A stretch of 64,000 nucleotides of DNA from the human T2T-CHM13v2.0 reference genome, Homo sapiens. The DNA lies in the NCBI RefSeq assembly GCF_009914755.1, contig NC_060937.1, one strand, 5' to 3'. Shown one piece after another: positions 28,058 through 42,042 of the stretch (positions within the stretch are counted from its first letter, which is position 1; the number at the start of each line of letters is the position of its first letter). Position numbers and translations under genes: made by a program. The notes beneath the pieces are model-generated. The model did no database searches. It had not been told where the DNA came from and saw only the letters and a program-made list of their open reading frames with translations.

Positions 28058-28067
28058 TTTATTTATT
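28058..28067 (-). terminator. Proximal polyadenylation signal (overlapping AATAAATAAA) for TRPC4
   Basis: Plus strand tttatttatt, ~230 nt after the stop codon. Confidence 0.7.
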
Positions 28068-28293
28068 AACAAAAACAATTGTAAGACAAATTGTGAAAGC
28101 AAAAGCAGGCTACAAAACAAAAAGGTTTTTGATTGCCTTTGCCTTATTTAAACATGTTACAGGTAATATGCCACAGCTGATAAACGCTATAAAGTGTAAG
28201 TTAGCATTTGCTAATACAATTTAAACATTTTCCCCCACCCAGAGCACTACGGAAAATACGTATGTGTATGGTAAACGCTTCCTCCTTCAAGTA

Positions 28294-29016
28294 TCACAAT
28301 CTTGTGGTCACGTAATCTTCGTGGGTGACTGTGTCTGGGAGGTTTAGATCATAGTCTATACTAGAGTCCTCTTCTTTTGCATGTTTCTCCTTTGGTATTA
28401 TAGGAACCGTGTCCTCCACCACCACCTTCTCTGACTTGAATGGACACACTCTCTTTCCTACCTGTAACCCCAGTGTGTCCGTATTCCTTTCTCTATGGTC
28501 TACTAACACACATTGTTCACTGAGACCGGGAATGCTCAGGTCACCCCGTGAAGCTAATCCTCGAGATTCCAGTTGAATATTTCTCTCAAGTGGTCCTGCA
28601 GCCTGTTGACGAGCAACTTCTTCTGAAACAGAGAAGATTTGGTTTGCATTTTGCTCAGCAGCATTTTGTTTTGATCGTCTATGAAATAACCCAAAGTTTT
28701 TGATATCGGTCACAAAATTCACTTTTCTCTGCTTCTCCCTGGGCGGCTCCTGAACCACCAGGGCAGAGCCATTGCTTATGTTATGTCTTTCAGAGGCAAT
28801 TGCTGCTGATCTCGGATGAATCAGGGTGGTTAAATCAAAAAGGCTGAAATTCTTTTTCTTGTCCTTGCTATTACCTTCGCTATCACTCTTTTCATCTGAG
28901 TCTGCCGAATTTGAAGACTCCTTCGAGGCATTCGCAGATTGTATTGTGGAAAGTTTGCTTCCTCTTAGTAATCCCAGGACTTCAAAGCGGAAACTAGAAA
29001 TGTCTTGCTTTAGTTC
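28294..29016 (-). CDS. TRPC4: TRPC4 terminal coding exon (723 nt including TGA): coiled coil, long C-tail and PDZ-binding VTTRL
   Basis: acgtag|GAACTAAAGCAAGAC ([13 protein letters not shown]...), open to ...[12 protein letters not shown] at 28296-28294. The Ile957 codon ATA is at 28359-28357. Confidence 0.98.
   Translation of the reverse strand, partial: ELKQDISSFRFEVLGLLRGSKLSTIQSANASKESSNSADSDEKSDSEGNSKDKKKNFSLFDLTTLIHPRSAAIASERHNISNGSALVVQEPPREKQRKVNFVTDIKNFGLFHRRSKQNAAEQNANQIFSVSEEVARQQAAGPLERNIQLESRGLASRGDLSIPGLSEQCVLVDHRERNTDTLGLQVGKRVCPFKSEKVVVEDTVPIIPKEKHAKEEDSSIDYDLNLPDTVTHEDYVTTRL
28623..28874 (-). other. TRPC4: 252-nt in-frame exitron within the last exon; removal deletes 84 aa (TRPC4-beta)
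   Basis: Donor GAAG|gtaata at 28874 and acceptor tctctgtttcag|AAG at 28623. The length is 84 codons, matching the known alpha/beta difference (aa 785-868). Confidence 0.93.
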
Positions 29017-30430
29017 CTACGTAGAATTTAAAATGAAAAATTCGGTTATGACTTAAACATTTGGAAACATCATTTTCTCGTCTCATATATGGGTCAGAAA
29101 TGTTTTCACTCCTTTTTAAAAACAAGGATTCTACTCTACTGTGGTTCTATTTAGAATTCCCAGTTCTCTCACGGATACTTGATGTCATTTTGATGTCGAC
29201 TAATTTCCTTATTGGAATTGGGAAGGACACTTCCTAAGGCTGATGCAAAAAGAAACGTGAGTTATCTTTGCCACCAACGTGCAGCTGAGTATATTGGGTT
29301 TCCCTGGGACTACAGTTTCTCTCCAAATTATTCATCTGCTGCCAAGTTACCTCACTGTCTCTGGGGTGTATTTTATAAGATTTTTAATATTGGCCCATTT
29401 TTCTGTCCAAAGGGATGTCTGAAAATTAAGTGGAGACTAATTTAAGAGTTGGTAGTTACTTGCAGTTGTTTACTGTCTTAAAGAGGACCTTCCCCCTACA
29501 TCTGGGTCAGCCTCTACATCCTGGGAATTTCTTCGGATCTAACAGCATTTCTTAGACTCATCCTTTTCCCTTGTCTTTTGGGACAACTGAATTCTCACTC
29601 TTACCCTGATGGCAACCTTCTTGGTGGCTTCCTGCCCCAACCTATCTCCTAAAGCAACATGAATCATTTAATATTACAATTTGAACTTTATGGCTGTGAA
29701 GAAAATCTGGGCTTCTAGCTAGTTTTCCACCTGCACTTTAAGTTTTGTAATTTCTCTATCTTCTTACCTAATTCACTACTTCATTCTCATGTTCAAACCT
29801 GCTATTTTCTATGTTAAATATCTCCTATAGATTTTTTTAAATTTGTTTGTTTGTTTTGGCCTGTAAGATCTTATTGACCTTAATCATTCTTCCAAAATCT
29901 CTAAACAATCACTCAATAATTTTAAACTAAATTATTTTAAACATGTGATTCAAGCATATAATATTTCACACATTTTACTTATTTCCTCTTACACAATTTA
30001 AAAACTATCAAGGAGAAAGTTTATAAGTGTATTAGTTACAATTAAATGCAAACCTTAAATTCACTGCTATCAAAGTTTTTCAGAACACACAAAGTTTTTG
30101 TTGTCAGTGTGTTAGTTAGTAAATGTTTCGGATTTAAAAATCAGGCTGAAATTTCAGAAACAGAAGCTCACTCTGGGATCAGGTAAGTCAGAATGCCATT
30201 AAGCACTAGGCTTTTCTCTGTATGTTTGAAAACAATTTATTTTGAGAAGAAATTTCACCACTTGCTTTTCTTTTCTTTTTACAGTTCTGTAGGGTTTCAG
30301 CTGAAAAATCAGAAGCCACACAGGCTTGCTGGAACACACAGCTGCATTTCCAGCTCTGATTTTAAATGTGCTCTATCTGGATCCATATTCTGCACAATCT
30401 GCCTCTTGTGATGAAGATGAAAATGGTTAC

Positions 30431-30520
30431 CTTAAAGTTCTCTTCGGTCAGGCCTTCTTCAGTTTTAGCATCTCTAATCATTGCAGCAACGTATCGCTTC
30501 ACCAGGTTCCTCATAACTTC
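30431..30520 (-). CDS. TRPC4: TRPC4 coding exon (90 nt; CIRB/rib helix)
   Basis: cctcag|GAAGTT...TTTAAG|gtaacc. Translates [30 protein letters not shown]. Confidence 0.97.
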
Positions 30521-30648
30521 CTGAGGCATTTTAGAACAAGAGTATTGATACTCAATGAGTAAATAAATTTCCTCCTGAGTCAGTTCTGAAGGGGGGACTG
30601 CATTTTATTTTAGTGAAAATTTCAAGACATAGTACAAGGACAACTTAC

Positions 30649-30690
30649 TTGGTATTGGTGATGTCTTCTCAAGTTATCAGCAGCTCGCCT
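30649..30690 (-). CDS. TRPC4: TRPC4 42-nt micro-exon (start of the CaM/IP3R-binding CIRB region)
   Basis: ccttttcag|AGGCGA...TACCAA|gtaagt. Translates RRAADNLRRHHQYQ. Confidence 0.96.
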
Positions 30691-33074
30691 CTGAAAAGGA
30701 AAAGGACATTCCTTTCTGGTTATACTGTTATATTACTATTCTAAAAAATAATTTATTTTTTTAATCGATAATGTTTTTATTCTTATTTCTTCAAAGTGGG
30801 AGTTTTACTAGTCAATGGACAATGGCTAAAGAGTGCTGCACATGAATCAAAAGAATGAGTGAACAAGAGTGTATAATCTATATGACATTTGAAACACAGA
30901 ATAAGTTAACAATGACAGAACTGTTGTTCTCATACAGGACACAGGATGAAGGAAAATTAGTTAATTACAGTTAATATGCACTCAACATTGATGGAATGAT
31001 GCTAAGAGAAAGAGATAGGACATATCAAATAAAAATTTAAAAGTTTTCATAAATATTAACATGGCAAGACTAAGAAGTTAGTTATGTTATGTACCAGGTA
31101 ATCAGAAGCCTCATTAGTCACTGAACTCTCCAATCATATATATATATATATAATATCAATCATATATACAGTAAGAGGAGATTCCTGTTTAAATAGATGG
31201 CTGGATTTAACGGAATAAATAAATAAAGGATTCTGTTGAAACACAGCATTTATTAACTCATTTAAAAAATTAAATGTGAGTCCCAGCTCATATTTTGAAG
31301 GCATCAGAATGGTTTGAGAGCAGAGGTGGGGTAAGCACAGGGCAGTGATTTGGGATTGTAGAATAGAGAGATGGATTGTTTAATGATTGAAAAAATCCCA
31401 TTATGAGTTGAGTGAAATAATAAATGACATTAAAGTTATATATTTGCAGATTCTCAAGTATTCTAAAGATATTAGAAAAAAACCCTACATAATCCCAATT
31501 TTATGTATGTTGAATAAACATCAGCACTGATTCTTCAGGAAGAATATTGGGCAAAATAATATAAAATAAAAATATCTCTATAATAAAAGAATTAATTTGG
31601 TAAATTGTGAGAAAGCAAAAGGGATGATATACCTTGGTTTTAAAATGAGGCTTTTGCTCTTGTTCCTTAATAAATAATCATAGGCTGATAAAACAGAATA
31701 TTGAAAAGAGCTGTGCCTACATCACTGTGAAATGATAATTTAAATATTAAACAATTTAAAAGAAACTCTTTTCTTCTCTTCAGAGAAATAGAAGAAAATG
31801 CTATTTTCACTGGCCATAAGGATGCATCTGTCTTTCATGATTAGTAGTGACTTGTAGGAACAGATGAGACAATGCTTAGGTTCCTAAAGGTCACTAATTA
31901 TTTTGACTATCATTCACTTTTGCATGAGAAATACATTTTGAGAAAAACATTTAAAATAGGATTAAGTTATTAATTTAAAAACTCAGAAATTTGAAACAAC
32001 ACAAATGTAGAGAGCAGCTTGAAAAAGTATGGCATGGGAATTTTATGGCTGGGCCACCAGATGGAGGTGTCTGACTCATATTGAGACATAGCTCAGCTGA
32101 AACCTAAGACAAACTGCACTTCTAAAAGGAAACACACAGTCTTCTAGATCTCCTTAAATTTACTTAAACCAAAATACTAAAGTGAGTCGTACATCAATTT
32201 CTTTAACATTCTCACCATAAATATTATAACAGAGATCTGATTTTCATTATTTAAGTAGCTAGAAACTCTTAATTTAATATAGAAAGAATTTAGTCTACTT
32301 AATTTTTATTGTTTTGGGATTCTATAACATTTCACTACTGTGTTTTAGAATCCTATCCTTCTAAAATCCAATGAGGAAATTTTCAACAGAGAGCAATTAG
32401 AAGTCAGGATTTAACTTTAAATTTCTTTAACATCAAACTACAATTGAGGATGACAGAATCAGAAAATTATGAGTAATAAGTGAAAATTATCATGATACAT
32501 TTTAGTATTAAAATGAGTACAAACTGTCTTTCCTTCAGTAGAATCTTACTCATCCAACGTCAAAAAATTTTAATACAAATATAAAAAGGTCAAAGACTAC
32601 ATTTTAAATGGTAATTCTAGGTTAATTTTCTTGGGAAAAAACTTAAAAAATCAAAATGGATTGTCAAAAAGAGAGAGGAACACTAAAAATGTTCACTATG
32701 GTACCTTTCAGGCGTTATTCAGTTTATATAGTCCAGGTTTAAGACTAAGTTAATGCGATTCATTGTTTTTGCCAACCAATTATATTCCACAATTATGTGG
32801 TAATACCACAAAACTATTTTTTAGTTTCACAAAATTTTATCAGGCAATGAACTTCAACATTCTAGCTAGAAAAAAAGAATGGATGAGGTTAACTGTCTTC
32901 TGAACCTAAAACTCAAAATGAATGCAGTGCGCTCACCAAATAATTAATGCTAAATTATGCGGCTGATAGAGCTCTCATCTGTTTAATCTCTGTTTCCCTG
33001 ATTAGCATGACAGAATAGGCTGTTTAGTGATCACCATTATGCCCTTCCAGTTCCTACTTTCTAGGAGAAAGTGT

Positions 33075-33265
33075 GGTGTGATATTAAGAATATGGTCCCA
33101 GGGGTTACACCTGGGTTTGAAGCTGACTGTGCCTAGTCAGGGAGTTTAACTCTGACACCCTACCTCTTCCCTGATTTTTTATTTTGCAGGGTGAAGATAA
33201 ACTCCATGGGTAATTCTGAAGATTAAATGAGCTAAGAGATTTATGGCATCTGTTGCTAACTAATG
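33075..33265. mobile_element. MIR SINE
   Basis: acacctgggtttgaa...gattaaatgagctaa. Confidence 0.55.
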
Positions 33266-34120
33266 TTAGTTCTTGTCCTCTTTGCATTTTTTTCCTTTTT
33301 GATTGATAATGTGACTTAATAGCCTTTTAAAAATCTGATTCTCAAAGCTTGTGCATAGTAGGACACATATTATGATTACCTCTGAGAAAGTAAAATAATA
33401 TACTTACATTTAACTGTGTCCCTTTGCATGATTTTGATGGTAATTCATGCTTGTGGAGCATTTCCTTCAGCTAAATCGTTAGATGCCTTCAGCTTTGGCA
33501 GTAGAGAGGTTTAGAGGTAGGAAACTTGCATGTAAGTGATAGAGTAAGAGAATACTTCTGGTAAATTTGGATAGATGTGACCCAGACTCTGTAGGCAGTC
33601 ATCTTTGGAGGAGCCCAAAAGTTTTATGAACTTTTCGGCATGACATTGAATTTTTGCTATGACCCTAATGAGACAGCCATATGTGAGCGTTGATATAGAA
33701 ACTCTGAGGAAAATTCAGAGGTCATAGCAAAAGAGAAGGCTGGCTAGGGGTTCCAGCCTAGTGGAGCTGTGGAATGTACCTCCTACAACATGTCGCTACT
33801 GAGAAGCCACTCTGATTTGGCATCTCATTTGGTCGAGTTACAGAGCAGAGTCTCCAGGCCTGGGGATGGGAGTTCCATCTTTGCCTTTGTCTCTGGCTGA
33901 GCTCAGGGATATTTCTCTTCAGGGACTCAGGATGATTTTCATGGGTTGAGGCAAGGAGAAGCCTACTTCTAGGGAATGCAAGATATTGGGAAAGCTGGTT
34001 GTCTACCTCAGATCTCAGTTTTTTCAGTGTAGGAACCTTGAGTTGGGAGAAATTATTTACACTCTTGGTGCCAGGCAGATTGAAGAGAAGGGCATCCTGG
34101 ATATGGAAATACGATTCTTT

Positions 34121-34419
34121 CTTTTTTCTTTTTTTTTTTTTTTTGAGATAGAATCTCACTCTGTCACCAGTCTGGAGTGCAATGATCTCGGCACACTGCA
34201 ACCTCTGTCTCCCAGATTCAAGCCATTCCCCTGCCTCAGCCTCCTGAGTAGCTAGGATTACAGGTGCATGGCACCACGCCTGGCTAACTTTTGTATTTTT
34301 AATAGAGACGGGGGTTTCACCATGTTGGTCAGGCTGATCTCGAACTCCTGACCTTGAGATCTGCCTGCCTCGATCTCCCAAAGTGCTGAGATTACAGGTG
34401 TGAGCCACAGTGCCTGGCC
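34121..34419 (-). mobile_element. AluS
   Basis: Antisense Alu. TSD gaaatacgattcttt at 34106-34120 and 34421-34435. Confidence 0.95.
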
Positions 34420-35222
34420 AGAAATACGATTCTTTTACCATGTGCTAGGAGTTTTTCATTTCTCTGTGACCCCTAGATGGGCTTTGCCTCCTATCTGAGT
34501 CCTGGGATATTTCTGGTGATAATCCTGGCACTGTATATTTGGGTTTGGTTTTCCATGGCAGGGAGTAAAGCCAGCTTGTCTCAAGGCTCCATTTTGGAAT
34601 TAGAACTCTCTTAACTTGTAGGGCTAATTTAAGGTATATTTATTAAATGACTACATGTGTATGGCAGCGGAGTGCAAGAAACCAGAGATGAATAAAGCAC
34701 ACTTTTGCCCTTAAATGGCTGATAGTCCAAAAGGTGGATTGCCAAGATCATGAAAGACTACACATGAAGGCAAATACAAAAGAAAACACGGGAAGTGCTG
34801 TAAGTGTGATATTTGAGTACAGGGGAGAAGGAGGTAATACTGTGTGAAGGAAAGAAGCCGTAACAGCCCTCTTATAGAGAATGCAGTATTAGATGGGTCA
34901 TGAAGGAATCACAGGATTAGGACAAGGGGAGGTGCACAGGTGTTCTAGATGATTGGAGTAGGATGAGCAAATATGCTAGGGTTAGAAAGTGAGAGGCACA
35001 TTATGGAGACTTCTGGCAGGATAGTTGCAAAGTCTTTGCTACTGGGAATATACAGATTAGATTGTAGTGGGAAATTAGCGTGGACTCTTAATGTAGAATT
35101 TCAGATGGCACATGAATCCAGTGGTTACTAGGCACCTGGGGATTTTGACTAGTTGAGTGACATGTGATGAAAGTGTAATTTCATTGATAGTCATTTAGCA
35201 GTAGCACCAAGTGGGAATGAGA

Positions 35223-35482
35223 CTTCCTAGCTTCTGGTGGTGGCTGTTAATTCTTGGAGTTCTTTGGCTTGCAGGTGCCCATCTGCAATCTCATATGGTG
35301 TTTTTCTTGGGTCTCGGTCTTCACATGGCCATGTTCTTACAAGGACCCTATTCTAGTATAATCTCGCCTTAACTAAGTATGTCTGCAATGATCCTATTTC
35401 CAAATAAGGTCACAATCTATGTATAGGGGATTAGGACTTCAACCTATCTTTTTTGAAGGGGCATACAATTCAACTCATAATA
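35223..35482 (-). mobile_element. MLT1 (MLT1B/C-like) LTR fragment
   Basis: tcctagcttctggtgg...cctatttccaaataaggtcaca...ttaggacttcaac...acaattcaactcataa. Confidence 0.8.
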
Positions 35483-35978
35483 TATGTACTCTTTGCAATA
35501 AACATCACAATAATTTTTGGCAATTAGTGACACCATTGAATATTACACAATAGAACTACCATCAGTTATATTTAGGACATTCATATCCTTTTTTGTTGAG
35601 TAAAGATCAGCTGAACTTCAAAGGGATTTGTTACCTTAAGAGAAGATATCTTTTTCTTATAATTATCACTGGAAATGACCGAGAACAGGAGAAATGAACA
35701 ATTTGTGATTCAAAGTAATATAATGAAAGCCATTTCATTTAAAAATACCTAAGTGGGTATTTAGCTTTAATACCTAAGAAAATGGGTATTTAATTTTCTT
35801 TCAAGCCATTTGCATGTTAAACTTTGACAGAGTAATCTGCATTAACTGTGTTCTCTAATTTTACTAAAAATAATAACTTAGGTAGAATTATAGCATGGTA
35901 GACCTGTGTTAGGAATAAAGGATTTCTCAGTGAATGAGCTCAAGTGTACAATATCACATAGAAATTTCTGGAACTTGT

Positions 35979-36385
<407 letters not shown>

Positions 36386-38719
36386 TCAAGGGCTTTTCTT
36401 CCTTAACTGAGTGTCTAGGAAAAATATTTTGGAAGAAGTTCTCCTTAGGTTGGCACTTTTCTTCGCAAACTACATCAGAAGTCACTAGACTGTGTGTGGA
36501 ATATTCCTTGGCAAAGTAGCTTTCAAGGAGAAGATGAGGGCATACCTGTTGCCACATTAGCATAATTCACAGTTTGCAGGTTCCTCCTAATTTGTTAGGG
36601 CAGGACAATGGCAGCGTTTGGATCAGAGAACTCATGTTAAAGAGAAAGACCATCTAGTGAGAAACTGCTGCTGCTGCAAGGAAACTCCGGAATTTCAATA
36701 GAAGTTTCAGGTTTCTTTAGAGCAGGGAAGATTTTGCAGCTAGAAAAGAGAGGTCTCTGGAGAGTGAGCTGTGACATTTTGTCACTCTTATCTCCGGTTC
36801 TCTCCAGGTCCACTATGTGGAATGTCACGCTCATTTCATGTAGCTAGTCCCTGCTGTCAATTTTCAATGCCGTTTTCTCTCATTTCCACTCTGGTTTTGG
36901 TCTAGCAGTGAATTTTAAGCCCATGAATTATGCCTTTTAGTCTTTGCTTTGCTCCTTGAATTCCTTAAGCCATGCAGCTTGCTGTGTTCTTCTCCTTTCA
37001 CGAAAACTAAAAAGGCAAGAGGGCATTCCGGGATGTGATCCCTTTACAAAAAAATTGCAGTTTGGCTTCTTTGCAGATGGATCTACATATTGTTCTCTAT
37101 AAACAGTCTTTCTGCACCCTTATAGCATACATCTGCTTACTGCTTTTCATGAACACATTTTCTAAGCATATCAAAATAATTCACGTGAAATGCCTGAATG
37201 TTGTATTGTCAAACCAAATATTCAGGAACTCACTCTTGAAATACCAAGAATATCAAGCAATTAATTTCTATATATCCCCGCTGGGGAAATAAAGTTTCAT
37301 CAAAAGGCCCTGCCAACAAATCTTGCAGCAGTAATTTAGGAATCCGGAGACACTCACGGATGAAAACTGTCATATCTGTAAGATTTGTCATTAGGCCTAC
37401 TAAGCGTCCTAAAGATTAGGGAGCGATACATTTTGACAAATCGCCACTATAAATGAAGTCTGAGAGGCATGTACTATGAGCATTTTTTCTTTAGTGATGA
37501 TAGCTGTTGCTAATCTATTCACAGTTTCTAATTTCATTTGTAGTGACTTAACTGGGCATATTTCTGGGGCAGCTAGTCAGGCTTGAATATTCCACCTGTA
37601 TCTCAGAGCTGTGTGATGCTCAGAGTGATCTTCCAGAGACCATCCTGCCTCCTGTTCTTCTCACCATGTGCTTGAGAGAAAACCAAAAAGCGGAAAACAT
37701 AAAACTAAGGAAGTTAAAAACATTTTTTATGATTTTATCAAAAGAACTAGTATTTTGTTTTGGTTCGGTATGGTAACATATAAATGTAAACATTTCATTT
37801 AGAAACCTAGTCTGTGACATTAAATATGTCTCACATTAATGAAATGCTTTGGGGAAGTATTGTATTATAATAGCATCTTCGTACTTGAATTAAATGGATC
37901 GGGACCTTTTGAGCAACAGCATGAAGCCTGGCTTCGTTTTAGCTTAAAAAGCTCAGATCTACTATGTACTCACACGAATTAAAGATTAAAAAACTTCAAA
38001 AAAATTGTGGTAGATACCAATGCTGTCTTGAATAGAAATGTCTAGTTAAAGTTGTAAACTGGAAATGCTTGTTAAAATGGAGACTCCTGACAATTCTTGT
38101 ATGCTAAAATATTTGAGAACAAATGCTGTAATGATAAGAAGGGTATTTGCTGATAAAATGAGGTTAAACAAAACATTTGACAGGAAGCAATGTCAAAAAC
38201 ACAAGTTAAGAGTGTGTTTCTTATTTGGATAGGCTGCCTTTTTCGTGGGATTTTTATAATAGCCCAGAGAGGAAGCATCTCTCAATAATGGGTTTGCTTT
38301 CTATCACAAATGTTGTGCTCAATAATACAGCATTTCTGCTTCATTTATGCTTTCTCCCATAAAGCAGTCAAGTGAAAGATTAATTTACCTGGAACTCCCA
38401 ATCAACCATTAAATGAAGTCCAGAGTTACAAAGAAATACGAATTAATGAGTTTTCAGAGCTAGTTGTATCAGTATTACTGGGAAGCCATAAATAGCACGA
38501 TAAGATCATCAATAATGGGCTCCTAGAGAGTGGCCAATGTAGCAACCCTGAAGAGTACTGGTTTCCCAGGCATTTCCTGGGAACGTGAATGGAATGAGCA
38601 GCAGGGTGACATTTACTCAAAGGCTGGGTGACGAGTGTCAGTAAGTGAACTACAAATGGGAAGGTTACAGAAAAATACTTCAAAGAATGAAGTCACTTCC
38701 AGTGTAGCTTGAATTTTCT

Positions 38720-39080
38720 GCTTCAAAAATGCAGCATAAAGATAAGCAAGTTGAGGATAAGGGCAGAAGGTAAACCAGCCTGGTAAACAAGGGATTCGGG
38801 ACACAGGAGTCTAAGAGGCAGCTGAAAACAATGATAGGATCTGCAAAGGCTGCTGAGAACAATCAAAAGACACAACAGGGAAGGTGTTGCTGCATGTTCA
38901 CCAGACTTCTCAGGGAAATAAGAGAGGGTGATGGAAAGCAGTTTGAACTGGGAAACAATGGAAGACCCAGCAATTTCCCCCTGCTCTGTCTCTAAGAGAG
39001 CATGAGACAATGGGCAAAGTAAACAGGTTATCTTTTAAAAGAAATGGTTGAGCTAAATGATATCTAAGATCCCTTTGGGG
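38720..39080 (+). mobile_element. Possible ancient CR1/L3 3' fragment
   Basis: Weak resemblance; ends ...aaatgatatctaagatccctt like a CR1/MIR3 tail. Confidence 0.3.
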
Positions 39081-39228
39081 TATAATGGTATATTCTAAGC
39101 CATGTGCTAGTTTCACAAAGTGACTGTCACTGTTCCTTAAATGTCACCTTTTAATTAATAGTTGTTTGTGTATCTCATTGTCTTTGTATGTCCACATAAT
39201 AAACTATCAGGAGGATTAACCAAGTTGA

Positions 39229-39632
<404 letters not shown>

Positions 39633-40843
39633 TTTCTTATACTTTTATAAGCAAGAACTTCCTTATAAATTATACCTATCATTTATTTTCATATAAACAA
39701 AAAATGTATAAAGCTCAACTAAGAGTAGGCATCTGAAAACAATATGTCCTTTTCATTTTGGAAATGCAGTATGGAGAAAGAGTAAATTTAGACAGCATTG
39801 ATATTGATTGGGCTGGTGCTTGCCCAGGGCTCTAGATTGGTGGAAAAGACAGACAAAACTCAGAATATTTTTTAGTTTGGCATAAATTCCCAAAGCATCC
39901 AAATAGCCATTGTTGAATGTTAGTAAAATATTAATGGTTAAAAAAAAAAAAGGAATGGTTTGAGATTCTGATTAGTTTCAAATTACCTTGCTGTGCATCA
40001 GCTTGGAGCAAAAAATTCAAATATAAACACATAAAAGAAATGTGTGGGTTCCTTTTGAGACCAGTAATATATAGCAAATAAAACTGTTTAACTCTGAGAA
40101 TGAATCACTACTTTAATAGAAAAGCCAATTGACTGAGAGCTCCTCTTTGCTTCTAAAAAATGATGGCAACATAATCCTACCCATGAGTCAACAGTGAGAG
40201 GATAGGAGGGAGGGTTGGAAGCCAAGTTTTTGGTCTGGTTCTCCATTCTTTTTGTTGGCAGTACAGATGGATCTCTTAAAACATCAGAGCAGGACCCTGT
40301 GTTTTGTTACAAGTTTCCTGTTATCTTAAAAACCAAGATTCTCTCTGCCATTGCCTAAAATTAAAATATGAAATACATATTTCTTTGGTGAGTAGGTATT
40401 TTTTTTTTTGGCCCAGAAGCTCTTTCTAAATCAAAATACTCTTATGAAAGGTAGTATATTATGACAGCATTAATCATCACTATCTTATCAGAGATCAATT
40501 AAAAATGCTTATAAATTTAAGAATGAGATGGTATAAAGGATAAGTATATTTGATCTGGAAAGGAGTAAGCTGAAGTCTGGCTTCCTTGAAATCTTGTCCT
40601 GTTTACCTCAAGGGAAGCATTAATTATTTCTTGCATTTTTCCCATAACCTCTTTCATGTGACTGTATTATAATGTTAAATATACTACATAACATATCTGT
40701 TTTTATTTCTGTATCTCTCTCATTAAAATTGGTGCCCTCAAAGATGGAACCCATGCCTTCGTACCTCTTCCCACTCCTCAAATTCTAGTTCAGTTACGGC
40801 AAGGGGGACACATGCAGTAATTGCTTATTAAATCTAAGCTATT

Positions 40844-41159
40844 GGCCGGGCGCGGTGGCTCACGCCTGTAATCCCAGCACTTTGGGAGGCTGAGGTGGGC
40901 AGATTACGAGGTCAGGAGATCGAGACCAACCTGGCTAACATGATGAAACCCCGTCTCTACTAAAAATACAAAAAATTAGCCGAGAATGGTGGCAGGCGCC
41001 TGTAGTCCCAGCTACTCGGGAGGCTGAGGCAGGAGAATGGCGTGAACCCGGAAGGCGGAGCTTGCAGAGTCGCGATCATGCCACTGCACTTCAGCCTGGG
41101 CAACTGAGCGAGACTCCGTCTCAAAAAAAAAAAAAAAAAAAAAAAACAACAACAAAGAA
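40844..41159 (+). mobile_element. AluY
   Basis: CpG-rich with a long A tail. TSD ctaagctatt. Confidence 0.94.
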
Positions 41160-41948
41160 CTAAGCTATTACATTTATTCTAAAACTTTTAACACAAAAGT
41201 CAAATATCTGGAGTAAAATAATTTCACTCCCTTCTAAGGTCAGTGATAAAGTTCATAAATTAGTATGAGGATGGCAGGATAAGGCTTTGTTGTAATCTGA
41301 CCTTGGTTTCTAAGGTCAGATACATTCTCAAACTGTAGTCCCCCAAATCTATGGGTAATAGTTTATGGGAAAGAATAGAACTGCATCTCCTAATCACCTC
41401 TTTGTAACATTCACTTGCCAGTCAATTTCTCTTTGGAATTAGAGTTGTTACTGAGATGAGAGGAAAATCAATGCCACTGCCAGTAGGAGAAAGCTCCATT
41501 TGGTGCTGATGACAATGCCTGGTGGGCAATGAAGTTAGAGTGGTAAGGATCTCTTAGGGCATCGCAGTCACAAACCATGTAAAATAAAATTGAAAACAAA
41601 TTAATATTTTTTTATTTTTAATTAATCTCTAATATTACTTGCTAATCCTAATATGATAACATTTAAAAATACTTCCAAAGCAATTTTACTGAGAAGATCC
41701 AAGTGACTAATGAATATGAGTGTTAATTTCCAAAACATTACTATGAGAACTTTCAAAATTAGAACACAAAGTGAGGAAGGCGTGAAGAATGATTTGTCTT
41801 ATGTCAATGGTATGGCTGCACCAAAAGCTTCACGTGGTGTATCTTCTGCTGGAATTGCTTGAAACCCTGATTTCCAAAATGATGAAAGGGAAATACCATC
41901 TTCCAGTTTACCAGGAGCATGGCTCTGGGCAGTCCCCGCCCCCTCACC

Positions 41949-41977
41949 TTTCTCTCTCTCTCTTCTGTCTCTCTCTG

Positions 41978-42042
<65 letters not shown>
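41949..42042. repeat. Compound (TC)n(AC)n(AT)n microsatellite
   Basis: Direct reading. Confidence 0.95.

Noticed and set aside
33758-34441. Longest ORF in the track (227 aa, minus strand)
   Set aside because: Its N-terminal half is translated Alu plus the A tail (KKKKK). No domain or splice context; a chance ORF.
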